This document shows positions 18,270 to 26,399 of a stretch of DNA of 44,039 nt, one piece after another. How positions within the stretch are numbered: position 1 is the stretch's first letter; every line of letters starts with the position of its first letter. Source of the DNA: a phage; NCBI GenBank assembly GCA_030821775.1, contig GCA_030821775.1_4700.1. One strand, 5' to 3'. The position numbers and the translations under genes are program-made. The notes beneath the pieces were generated by a model that saw nothing but the letters and a program-made list of their open reading frames with translations, was not told the origin of the DNA and did not search any database.

Positions 18270-18287
18270 CAATAGTGTCACCTAAAT
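18270..18287 (-). promoter_or_regulatory. SP6-type phage promoter (variant, downstream member of tandem pair)
   Basis: Plus CAATAGTGTCACCTAAAT, one substitution from consensus, with palindrome P5 directly upstream. Confidence 0.65.
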
Positions 18288-18289
18288 AG

Positions 18290-18305
18290 CCCAACACGTT
18301 GGACA
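18290..18305. repeat. Conserved palindrome, copy P5 (imperfect)
   Basis: CCCAACACGTTGGACA, one-sided degenerate copy abutting the promoter at 18270. Confidence 0.6.
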
Positions 18306-18432
18306 ACCTAGGTCTTCCCTTTATGTATAAGGAAAGGAAGTAATAGGAAGTAACCCAGTGTTACCTATGTAACCTATATTACCTACTACTTCCTATTACT
18401 ACCTATGACTTTCCGTCTCCGACGGGTTGGTC

Positions 18433-18450
18433 CTATAGTGTCTCCTAAAT
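18433..18450 (-). promoter_or_regulatory. SP6-type phage promoter (upstream member of tandem pair)
   Basis: Plus CTATAGTGTCTCCTAAAT; ~30 nt downstream of the RNAP terminator, with palindrome P6 directly upstream. Confidence 0.7.
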
Positions 18451-18458
18451 GCGCATCT

Positions 18459-18475
18459 TGTCCAACACGTTGGAC
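18459..18475. repeat. Conserved palindrome, copy P6
   Basis: TGTCCAACACGTTGGAC between the RNAP terminator and the promoter at 18433. Confidence 0.8.
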
Positions 18476-18502
18476 TTGTTAATAAAATGTTACAGGTAAT
18501 AG

Positions 18503-18532
18503 GCAAAAGAAAAGGGAGGCCGGAGCCTCCCA
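18503..18532 (-). terminator. Rho-independent terminator after the RNA polymerase gene
   Basis: Perfect 7-bp GC-rich stem GGGAGGC/GCCTCCC with a 4-nt loop (plus 18514-18531), followed on the minus strand by UUUUCUUUU, ~10 nt after the RNAP stop. Confidence 0.6.
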
Positions 18533-18542
18533 TGATTATTTC

Positions 18543-21161
18543 TTAAGCAAAACAGTAGTCGCTATCCATGATTTCGTTCAGGTCAAAGCTGCCTTGCTCT
18601 GGCACTTCGATGCCAGTATCAACCATCCAGCGGTCTTCGTGCTCATCAAGCAGTTTCTGCAAGGCGTTCCCTTCTGAGTACATGCCAACCATTTCTGATT
18701 TCAGTGCATGACGCAGCTTAGCGGTATTGTCTGCGTGAGTACCAAAGGAGTCGTGAATCACTGCAATACTCGTCACCCCTTCATCAACCAGATGACAGAC
18801 GGTCAGAATCAGGTGGCTTGCGTCATGACCATGAACGAAGTTAGGCGCTGCTGCTCCCATCATAGCGGTTTCATCCACTACATCAGTTTCAACTTGCAGA
18901 CTCATTTTGATGTCACCCATCAGGCAGGTGCGCACACGGAGCATCTCGGTCGCCATAATTTTCTGCTTCAGGATGAAGCCAGTTGGCAGTGGGTATTCCA
19001 ACCCTTCATTGCGCTTAGCTGCAAAGCGAGCCAACTTGCGAATCATCTGCATCGCCACTACCGGAGCCTTAACAACCTCAGAGATGGAAGGCCAGATGAG
19101 CGCCGTCATGTAGTTGTATGCTTTAGCCGGAGTAAGTTCACCGTTATCATCAAACGGGTGCACACGGTTCGCTGCGCGCCCTTCTGCCACCGCCATTTGT
19201 GCCTCTTTCTCTTCCAAATCGACGATATAGTCAATCACAGAATCACGGCAGGTGATGCGAGTAGAGCCGTAAGGCAGCGTCATTACTGGTTTCTTGGTCA
19301 GGCCACGGGTAATGCCTACGCTATCCCATGCGCTAGCCATAGCTCGAAGGTCAGAGCCGGAGAGGGTTAGGCTTCCGCTCGTGAAGGTCGTCCCTTCTTC
19401 GGCATCCATATAGAGCACATTTTTAGAAATGACCACCTGTGCAACCGCGCCGTAAATATCCTGCGGAGCGTCGGACGGCTTCAGGTTTACAGCTTTAGCG
19501 CCCACCTCATCGCGTAACATAGCGGAGTAATGCTGAATGCCGGAGCAAGAGCCATCTTGGTGGACTGGCAGGTGAGTTTCGAAATCGGCCTGCGTCCCTT
19601 TATCCAGTGCATCCAGATAGCGGGAGTATTCGAAGCACCAAGCAAGAAATTGGTACGGCTCATCCGCTTTAGCCCACTGTGTGAAAGTCAGCGGGTCGGC
19701 TGCAATGTCACGGCACATATCTTGGAAATCACCGTCTAACACGTTGGACTGACGTACGTCAAAGGTCTTCTTATCCCAACCCCACAGGTTAGCGCCCAGC
19801 ACGAGGAACCATTTAAGAGCTCCAGCGCTGTCAATCTTCCGCCCCTCTGTGAAGCGTAACAGAGATTTACCCAGGTCGTTAGACTGTGGGGACAGGGTGG
19901 AAGATTGAGCGTAAACACGGCTGCGGCTGTCCATCACGTAGACGAAGTAGATGGATTCAAAGGCGCTATATTTGCGAGCCTGTCCAATCATGCGAACCAC
20001 GGCGGCAGACTTGGAGCCGCGCTTTGTTTCGGCGGTGTATAGTCGCGCACACTCCCCTTTCCAGTTAATGAACGCCTGCCATTGCTCTTCTGATAGCATT
20101 TCTTTCAATTCACGACCCCGAAGATGTTGGAACTCAACCGGAACAGGGTTAGCAGGCTTGTTTTCCTTGTCAATTAGTGGCTTAAAGGACGGCACACCAT
20201 AGCCCAAATCAAGGCGGATGACGTCTTCAGCTACCGCTAAAACCTCTTTGTTAACCTGCCATTTGGTGTTTTGTAAGGCGTTAATAGCCTTGTACACCTT
20301 AGGCATTTGCTTAACAGTAAGTTTGCGAACATGCTCACGGTCGCCCTTAACCAGACGCACACGACTAGCCACCTTCTCAGTATGGAAGCCACCATTAAAC
20401 GGGGTTTTCCAAGGACGAGGAGGAACAACGCAAGGAGCATAGGCTGGGGCCAGTTGTGCTACGTGCTCTTTAAAGGCTGCAATCCATTGGCCTACAGTTT
20501 CGGAGGTTTGCAGGTAATAAATAGTTTTACCGCCAAATGAGCGCATAGCGCGAACGAACACAGGCTCACCGTTGTAGAATACGCTAGCTTCTAGTATTTC
20601 CAGCAGGGTAGTACCAATCTGCAATTGTGTATCTTTAGGCCATGCCTCCCAGCGGTCAAAGTCAGCGTCTTTAGCGGCTACAGACTTCTCAGCCACTACA
20701 GCTACATTGTGAGCGTGACGGTATGACTTGGTGCGGCTAGCCTTAAGCGATTTCTTCACTTTCTCGAAGTATTTCGCGGCGTGGCCTTCCAGCTTGCTGA
20801 AGCGCACTTGGTCTTCGATGCGCTCGGCAATGCTCATAGAAATGGCCTGCAATGTTACATCAGTGTTCAGCATATCCATAACTACCTTCATGGTAATATA
20901 GGCTGCCACCTCGTTTTCTACACACTGTAAGAAGGCTAGGGCACGAGGAGCGCGGCCTTTCTTGCCTTCGTATTCTTCTTTGTAAGCCTGAATGCCTTCA
21001 GCCATAGGCGCGATTAATTCAGACAGCAGGCGGCGATTCCATGCCGTATCTGATTCATTACCCGATGCTATTTGGCGCTGTTGGTCTGCCTCAAAGCGAC
21101 GGATCCCGCCATTAAACATTTCTTCTTCAAGCTGAAGCTGGATAGCGTGTAAGTCCTGCAT
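18543..21161 (-). CDS. Single-subunit DNA-dependent RNA polymerase, SP6-type
   Basis: 872-aa ORF with AGGAG SD; N-terminus [32 protein letters not shown]... and overall sequence match my recollection of SP6 RNAP almost residue for residue; consistent with the SP6-type promoters across the genome. Confidence 0.95.
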   Translation of the reverse strand: MQDLHAIQLQLEEEMFNGGIRRFEADQQRQIASGNESDTAWNRRLLSELIAPMAEGIQAYKEEYEGKKGRAPRALAFLQCVENEVAAYITMKVVMDMLNTDVTLQAISMSIAERIEDQVRFSKLEGHAAKYFEKVKKSLKASRTKSYRHAHNVAVVAEKSVAAKDADFDRWEAWPKDTQLQIGTTLLEILEASVFYNGEPVFVRAMRSFGGKTIYYLQTSETVGQWIAAFKEHVAQLAPAYAPCVVPPRPWKTPFNGGFHTEKVASRVRLVKGDREHVRKLTVKQMPKVYKAINALQNTKWQVNKEVLAVAEDVIRLDLGYGVPSFKPLIDKENKPANPVPVEFQHLRGRELKEMLSEEQWQAFINWKGECARLYTAETKRGSKSAAVVRMIGQARKYSAFESIYFVYVMDSRSRVYAQSSTLSPQSNDLGKSLLRFTEGRKIDSAGALKWFLVLGANLWGWDKKTFDVRQSNVLDGDFQDMCRDIAADPLTFTQWAKADEPYQFLAWCFEYSRYLDALDKGTQADFETHLPVHQDGSCSGIQHYSAMLRDEVGAKAVNLKPSDAPQDIYGAVAQVVISKNVLYMDAEEGTTFTSGSLTLSGSDLRAMASAWDSVGITRGLTKKPVMTLPYGSTRITCRDSVIDYIVDLEEKEAQMAVAEGRAANRVHPFDDNGELTPAKAYNYMTALIWPSISEVVKAPVVAMQMIRKLARFAAKRNEGLEYPLPTGFILKQKIMATEMLRVRTCLMGDIKMSLQVETDVVDETAMMGAAAPNFVHGHDASHLILTVCHLVDEGVTSIAVIHDSFGTHADNTAKLRHALKSEMVGMYSEGNALQKLLDEHEDRWMVDTGIEVPEQGSFDLNEIMDSDYCFA

Positions 21162-21224
21162 TTTGTGTACTCCTAGTTAAAGAAATTTTAATAGGTGACA
21201 CCTAAGAAGATGCCACCGATAAAA

Positions 21225-22097
21225 TCACTTAGTTAACTCTTCTACTGCCTCAGAGATTAAAGCCCATGCCTCGTGGCCTTCACCATAGCCCAGCTTAACC
21301 AGTTCGCGGCGCGCCTTGTTAACTGCGGTCTTCTTCGTTGCCTCCTCAGCGCTCAAACCTAGGCGAGCGTAGAAACAGGACGATTTGAACTGCGGCAGCA
21401 TAGGCGCGGCGCTTTTCTTGGTTTCCCGTGCGCTGGTCAGTTCTGCTATGCGGCCGTTTGCTGCGGTAAGTTGCTCGGTCAGCGTCTTTATTTGCGCCAA
21501 CAGGCTAGCCATAGCCGCGTTCTCGGTGTTCTCAGTGTTATCCAGCTTAGGCGCTGCTACCTCGGTAGTCGCTGGTGCATCTTCCCACGGTGCGGATTCG
21601 TCGCCCTCCGGTGCTATATCCTGCGGTACGCTTTGCAATGCCTCAGATTCTACAGGAGCGGCCTTCTCAGCTGGTTTTGTGGCTTCGGCTTGTGATTGGT
21701 TGGCTTCAGCCTTCACAGGCTTAGACGGCGCCACAAGCGCGTTAACGGCCTTGGTGTCTAATTCGCCGTTAGCGGCAAGTTCGGCGGCCTTATCCATGAT
21801 TGCTCTATCATCGGCAAAAGGGATAAGGGCAAGCATGGCACGCATGGCAACGCCTTTAAAACGCTCATCACCATCAAAGCAACGCGCTACGTTCATCAGG
21901 TTGTAGCATTGTGCTTTCTTGATACCGAACTCAGCTTCTACATAAGCCAGGAACTCACGCTGATTCTCAAAATCACCGCGTAACTCATTCAGGAGGGAAC
22001 CTACTTTGAGGTAAGAGGCTCCTATTGTTTCTAAGTGTGCTTTGATTTCAGCAGTTGCAGCTTCACGGACAGAAACGATGGTGTTTTCAGTAGTCAT
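21225..22097 (-). CDS. Early protein of unknown function (290 aa)
   Basis: N-terminal globular region, central Ala/Pro/Glu-rich low-complexity linker, C-terminal helical region; just upstream of RNAP and downstream of a phage promoter; no SD. Confidence 0.55.
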   Translation of the reverse strand: MTTENTIVSVREAATAEIKAHLETIGASYLKVGSLLNELRGDFENQREFLAYVEAEFGIKKAQCYNLMNVARCFDGDERFKGVAMRAMLALIPFADDRAIMDKAAELAANGELDTKAVNALVAPSKPVKAEANQSQAEATKPAEKAAPVESEALQSVPQDIAPEGDESAPWEDAPATTEVAAPKLDNTENTENAAMASLLAQIKTLTEQLTAANGRIAELTSARETKKSAAPMLPQFKSSCFYARLGLSAEEATKKTAVNKARRELVKLGYGEGHEAWALISEAVEELTK

Positions 22098-22167
22098 ATA
22101 GTCACTATTTGGTTTGTTGAGATAATTTAATCGGGCGCTAACAAGTAACGCCCTGTTAAGTCATCTC

Positions 22168-22185
22168 TTATAGTGTCACATAAAT
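22168..22185 (-). promoter_or_regulatory. SP6-type phage promoter (variant)
   Basis: Plus TTATAGTGTCACATAAAT, two deviations from consensus, upstream of the 290-aa early gene. Confidence 0.55.
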
Positions 22186-22290
22186 AACTTGTATGTAGTT
22201 CCTAGCACTTCCTCGCGAATCTGGGCGAATCGCAAGGAGCACTTCAGGGTTACGCCGTCGGAAAAGATAAAGTTATATTGCTTTTCCATA

Positions 22291-22620
22291 TTACTCTTCC
22301 TCTTCGTCTTCATACCAAACTACACTGCTATTATTTGGCACATCATTATAAAGCGCCTCATAAATGCGAGCCTGTAGAATCTTGGTTACGTCCTTAGTGT
22401 CAGAAATCAAGCCAGCATCCTCGAATTCGGTATCAATACCGTCGGCTGCCATCACAGTAAAGATTTCATGATAATAGTGAGGTACCTTGCCGTCTACAAC
22501 CTCATGCAGTGCATCAGAATAATCATCATCTTCACGGATACCATCGTATTGAATGCGTTCATTGAATGCTTCAACAGTTGCAGCCAGAAGTTCATAATAA
22601 GCGTTTGCATCACGTTTCAT
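22291..22620 (-). CDS. ocr: Ocr-like DNA-mimic anti-restriction protein (T7 gp0.3 homolog)
   Basis: 109-aa highly acidic ORF with GAGGA SD. The core ERIQYDGIREDDD...VPHYYHEIFTVMAADGIDTEFEDAGLISDTKDVTKILQARIYEAL aligns closely with T7 Ocr as I recall it; acidic C-terminal tail. Confidence 0.8.
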   Translation of the reverse strand: MKRDANAYYELLAATVEAFNERIQYDGIREDDDYSDALHEVVDGKVPHYYHEIFTVMAADGIDTEFEDAGLISDTKDVTKILQARIYEALYNDVPNNSSVVWYEDEEEE

Positions 22621-22769
22621 GATTTAATCCTCATTAGTTAGTTAGGTTACATTATAGGAGACTCAAGAGAATCTCCTAGATTTAACCTATCCCGACTAAG
22701 AAGCTACCTATCCAAATCGTTAAAGAGCTTGGTTTGCGCCTTGATAGGCCAGCTTATGCTGGCTGCTAT

Positions 22770-22949
22770 CTATTTGTAAACACGTAACAAGTGCAAGGAT
22801 TGCTTAAAGCCGTGCTCTTTGATATATGCAATAGTTCTTATATGACAAGTAAAAGCAGGCTCCCATTTATCAGACCCTCGCTTCTTACCATATATCACCT
22901 CCATATCTTCTAAGATATCGTACTTTAATCTATCAGTAAGTTTACGCAT
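22770..22949 (-). CDS. Small early protein (59 aa)
   Basis: Hand-translated ORF MRKLTDRLKYDILEDMEVIYGKKRGSDKWEPAFTCHIRTIAYIKEHGFKQSLHLLRVYK; weak SD. Confidence 0.35.
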   Translation of the reverse strand: MRKLTDRLKYDILEDMEVIYGKKRGSDKWEPAFTCHIRTIAYIKEHGFKQSLHLLRVYK

Positions 22950-23063
22950 GATAGTTTACCTTATCAGTAAGCCTATCAAGACACAAACCAAATTATTAAA
23001 GAGCGTTGCCTCTCGGCTATGTGCTTAATGTAACCTTGTATGCCGTGGCTGTCAATAGTTAAT

Positions 23064-23288
23064 TTAGAGACTTGTCGTGATTACTTCATCGTAATCATAA
23101 TCTTCACTACCTAGATACTCAGTAATGACTTGGTTGTCATACTCAGACACTAAGGTAACTCGGTGATACTCAGTGCTGTAGTCTATCAAGTAGTGATACA
23201 CATCAACACCTACACCGGCTTGCATCATATCATCATGGAAGCGAATAGCTTCGCTAGCTGATTCAAAGAATACCTCATGTTGATACAC
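23064..23288 (-). CDS. Small acidic early protein (74 aa)
   Basis: GTG start with strong SD (GGAGGG), coupled to the upstream gene (TAGTG); ~25 percent Asp/Glu plus many Tyr. Confidence 0.5.
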   Translation of the reverse strand: MYQHEVFFESASEAIRFHDDMMQAGVGVDVYHYLIDYSTEYHRVTLVSEYDNQVITEYLGSEDYDYDEVITTSL

Positions 23289-23467
23289 TATTTACCCTCC
23301 CTCAGCTCATCTATCATGTTACGGTATTGATTAACCGTATCGGTCCAACCTTCGTTAATGAAACGGTGATACAAAGCTAGCTCATCATCTGTAAGCAATT
23401 CGTTGTTACGAATCATATAGCATAACAAGGTGAAGAGAACGGATAGTTCACGGTTGTTTAATGTCAT
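23288..23467 (-). CDS. Small early protein (first gene after host promoter)
   Basis: Track ORF 23288..23509 begins at an alternative start; the ATG at 23467 has a GAGGAA SD and gives a 59-aa product. Confidence 0.45.
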   Translation of the reverse strand: MTLNNRELSVLFTLLCYMIRNNELLTDDELALYHRFINEGWTDTVNQYRNMIDELREGK

Positions 23468-23610
23468 AGCTAATTCCTCATTCAATAAGTAATTAACCAC
23501 GGCATACACAGGTTACACTAAGCAAATTGTTAAAGAGCAATGTAGGCGCTAGTCTCTTCGTAGGCCTTACTAGCTGGCTACTAGGTGCCTCAGCACCGCC
23601 TACGTGATGC

Positions 23611-23639
23611 ATTATGCATACACTAAGATAACTTGTCAA
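23611..23639 (-). promoter_or_regulatory. Sigma70-type host promoter for early transcription
   Basis: Minus strand reads TTGACA, 17-nt spacer, CATAAT (-35 at plus 23634-23639, -10 at plus 23611-23616), ~100-140 nt upstream of the first early gene. Confidence 0.5.
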
Positions 23640-23650
23640 CACTCTTTATC

Positions 23651-23668
23651 GTCCAACATGTTAGACAA
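23651..23668. repeat. Conserved palindrome, copy P7 (imperfect)
   Basis: GTCCAACATGTTAGACAA, one mismatch in the right arm, just upstream of the -35 of the putative host promoter. Confidence 0.6.
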
Positions 23669-23789
23669 GGCAAACTAAGGCAGTTCGAGGCAGATTTCAG
23701 GTGTTCCCTACTGCATCTTATTATTCTTCTCTTTCTTTAGCGGTCTACCGACCGCGACCTATTCGCATCTTATAGCGTAGCTATGCAAT

Positions 23790-24170
23790 CACTAAGGTAA
23801 CACTAAGACAGCAATAGATAGCCACTAAGCTAGTCACTAAGGTAGCTACTAAGGAAGTGACTAAGGTATTACTCAAGGTACACGTCAGGTAGTGCAGCGA
23901 GCGATAGCGAGCAATGGCGGGCAAATGGACAGATAGCCCACGCCCACACACGCTGTCAAGCGTCCCATAAGCGCCCTAAATGGCCCTGTGCCTGCACTAA
24001 GAGGCTTCACTAAGGCAATCACCTTGTCCAACACTAAGCCCACCCATAGGCTGTCCTAGGCCGTCTACCGCGTTCCACCTTACTAGTACACGGCAAAACG
24101 AGGACGGCCCTTGTGTACCACTAAGCTAGTACATGTGCCTGCACTAGTAAACTAGTACAACCAAGCCACC
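23790..24170. repeat. Short direct-repeat arrays in the non-coding genome-terminus region
   Basis: About 12 copies of CACTAAG(G) and relatives, four copies of ACTAGTACA, GCGAGC and GGCGAG triplets, and a 13-bp direct repeat TGTGCCTGCACTA at ~23987 and ~24134; no ORF with SD on the coding strand. Confidence 0.55.
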
Positions 24171-24440
24171 CTATGGGGACATCCCGGCGAGGGCGAGGGC
24201 GAGAGAGCTGACACACGCCTATATCAAAATTTTGACTTTGGTTACTTTGTGTACATCCATAATGAATACATCAGGGCAGCCAATAGGCTACCTGCACAAG
24301 CTATAGCGATAACCTGTAGCCAATTCTTAGGGTCTGTAGGTTCATATGAAACCCAACCATCTTTCAGCATGTTACCTCCCTTGGAATACACTAAGGACAA
24401 ACCTAAGTCTGCCCTTGTTTATACTAAGATATTAACCTGC

Positions 24441-24590
24441 TTACGCAGAAGATGCAGAAGGTTTCTTCATGGCACGACGTTGAACATCCTTGGCAATGGT
24501 ATAAGCCTGCTTAGGGTCACGTCCTGATTGAATAAGCTCTTCTGTGTTCTGGAGTACAGCAGCTTGCTTAACTGATTTTATTAAGGGCAT
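24441..24590 (-). CDS. Small ORF (49 aa) after the distal tailspike gene
   Basis: Hand-translated MPLIKSVKQAAVLQNTEELIQSGRDPKQAYTIAKDVQRRAMKKPSASSA; AGGAGG SD overlaps the tailspike stop. Last ORF before the terminal region. Confidence 0.35.
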   Translation of the reverse strand: MPLIKSVKQAAVLQNTEELIQSGRDPKQAYTIAKDVQRRAMKKPSASSA

Positions 24591-24601
24591 TCAACCTCCT
24601 A

Positions 24602-26314
24602 CTACTTTGCAACCCAACCTTGAGCAGATGTACCAGATTCTTTAATGTACAATGTACTACCACCAGACCCATTAATACCAGTTGCCAAAGAACCGACAGG
24701 TGCACCTACACCTAAAGTTGTAGGATTGCCATTTAGTCCATAAACAATCACCGTACTAGAACCGACTCCTTGGTTATTCTGAGGTGCTTGCGTACCATAG
24801 CAATCATTGCCAATTAGTTTAATATTGGAGCAAGAAGAAGTAACACAAATACCAAGGCTTGGCTTGTTAGGGCTTTCTCCATCTACTCCAATATTACCTT
24901 CTACTAGGATGTTGTTAGCTCCTGTGTCTATACTAATGAAGTGTCTACCTGCTTCAGCGGTAGATACTTCCTTCATATTATTAGCTTTAATCACTAGACC
25001 GCTAGCCTTGCAGTTTACATGAATACCATATTGCCCTAATTTAGAGAAGATATTACGACTAAGTATACCTTCTCCTGATAAACCAGTACCAATGAATGTA
25101 GTAGCATCAGACTCACCTAACCAAATCCCACTACCTCTTCCGTTTTCCCAAGTATTACCTTCGATGTGGTATTTTGTCCCAAAGCGTAAACCGATTAACC
25201 CTAAGCCACCAGAGCCTGTATTACCTTTTACAATTAAATTCTTACACCACCTTGCATCTACACCATAGGATACATCCCCTGTGAGGATCATAGTATTATT
25301 AGAAATTTCAATATGGTCATGCCAAATGTCACTAATATCGGTAAAAGGCCAAGATGGTGCATCAATTAGCACTGGTGCTCTTACGCCATCAAAAGTACAA
25401 CCTACAACACTACCTTGTCGAGTCCCTTGCGGTTTAGTTTGAGAGGAGACAGGTGTAACATGAACGCCTCTTGCATTAGAGTTTCTAAAGGTGCAACCAC
25501 GTACTGTCCAGTTTTTCCAGTTAAATACACGTACACCTGCAAAGAGAGCACCATCTGTAGTGCAATTCAAGATACGGATATTGTTGCCCTGTACACCATA
25601 AGCTGAGGCGTGATTTCCGATTAGTGCACCATAACCTCCAAACCCGGATTCTGGGTTTGGACCAGCATAGCAATTCTCCACCAGCATACCACTAGACTGC
25701 ACATAGTGACCAACTGTAATAAGTCCTGGGTCTAACTGTATAGCCTCTGAGAAGCTACGACTGCCTGTATTCTTAAACCCTAGGAATTTACAATCACGAA
25801 TAACTACGTTGTTCCAATCTGCTAAATCTATGGCGTGGTAGTCCACTACATTGTTAACTGTTATGCCTTCAAACTTCAAATCATTATTACTAGTAGATGC
25901 AAATACTACAAAAGGTGTATCCCCTTTAGTGTGACCATTGCCTTCATAGACACCTCCACTGACTGTTACATTACTAGCTTGCCTTTGTGATAATCTGAAT
26001 AGCGTATCTCCTGTTTCGTAGTCACGTACAAATGTTACACCTTTAGCAACCTTGAAGTGTGTATTAGCAAATATCTCAACAGTACCACTGAGTTTATATT
26101 CGCCAGCTTTAGTGACTGATACAGTACCACCGCCTAGCAATCTGACCGCATTGAATGCAGCTTGAAGGGCTTGCCTGTTGTCATTAGAAGAGGGATTAAC
26201 TCCAAAATCCGCAACATCTATTGTATCCGATAGTTTATCAGATAGCAGGCGCTCAATAGTACCTGTTAGTTTACTCTTGTACTTCACCAAGTAAGCACTT
26301 AATCTTTGAAGCAT
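24602..26314 (-). CDS. Tailspike 2: beta-helix polysaccharide depolymerase
   Basis: 570-aa ORF with AAGGAGG SD; N-terminal pectate-lyase-3-like motif (DVADFGVNP...), many Gly/Asn-rich repeat turns typical of right-handed parallel beta-helix tailspikes; terminal position as in SP6/K1-5. Confidence 0.7.
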   Translation of the reverse strand: MLQRLSAYLVKYKSKLTGTIERLLSDKLSDTIDVADFGVNPSSNDNRQALQAAFNAVRLLGGGTVSVTKAGEYKLSGTVEIFANTHFKVAKGVTFVRDYETGDTLFRLSQRQASNVTVSGGVYEGNGHTKGDTPFVVFASTSNNDLKFEGITVNNVVDYHAIDLADWNNVVIRDCKFLGFKNTGSRSFSEAIQLDPGLITVGHYVQSSGMLVENCYAGPNPESGFGGYGALIGNHASAYGVQGNNIRILNCTTDGALFAGVRVFNWKNWTVRGCTFRNSNARGVHVTPVSSQTKPQGTRQGSVVGCTFDGVRAPVLIDAPSWPFTDISDIWHDHIEISNNTMILTGDVSYGVDARWCKNLIVKGNTGSGGLGLIGLRFGTKYHIEGNTWENGRGSGIWLGESDATTFIGTGLSGEGILSRNIFSKLGQYGIHVNCKASGLVIKANNMKEVSTAEAGRHFISIDTGANNILVEGNIGVDGESPNKPSLGICVTSSCSNIKLIGNDCYGTQAPQNNQGVGSSTVIVYGLNGNPTTLGVGAPVGSLATGINGSGGSTLYIKESGTSAQGWVAK

Positions 26315-26399
26315 GTAACCTCCTTTTCTGAAAGGCTACCACCATGATAACCTTTAAGAAAAGTTGCGTGAAAAGCAGTGCTTACGCACTGCCTGTTGC

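Noticed and set aside
23790-24170. Possible CRISPR array suggested by many short repeats
   Set aside because: Repeat units are only 7-9 bp, irregularly spaced and not separated by unique spacers of uniform length. The pattern fits terminal-repeat-adjacent arrays of T7-like phages.
24249-24527. 92-aa plus-strand ORF in the terminal non-coding region
   Set aside because: Wrong strand for this genome, no SD, and it overlaps a minus-strand small ORF that does have a strong SD; probably a chance open frame.
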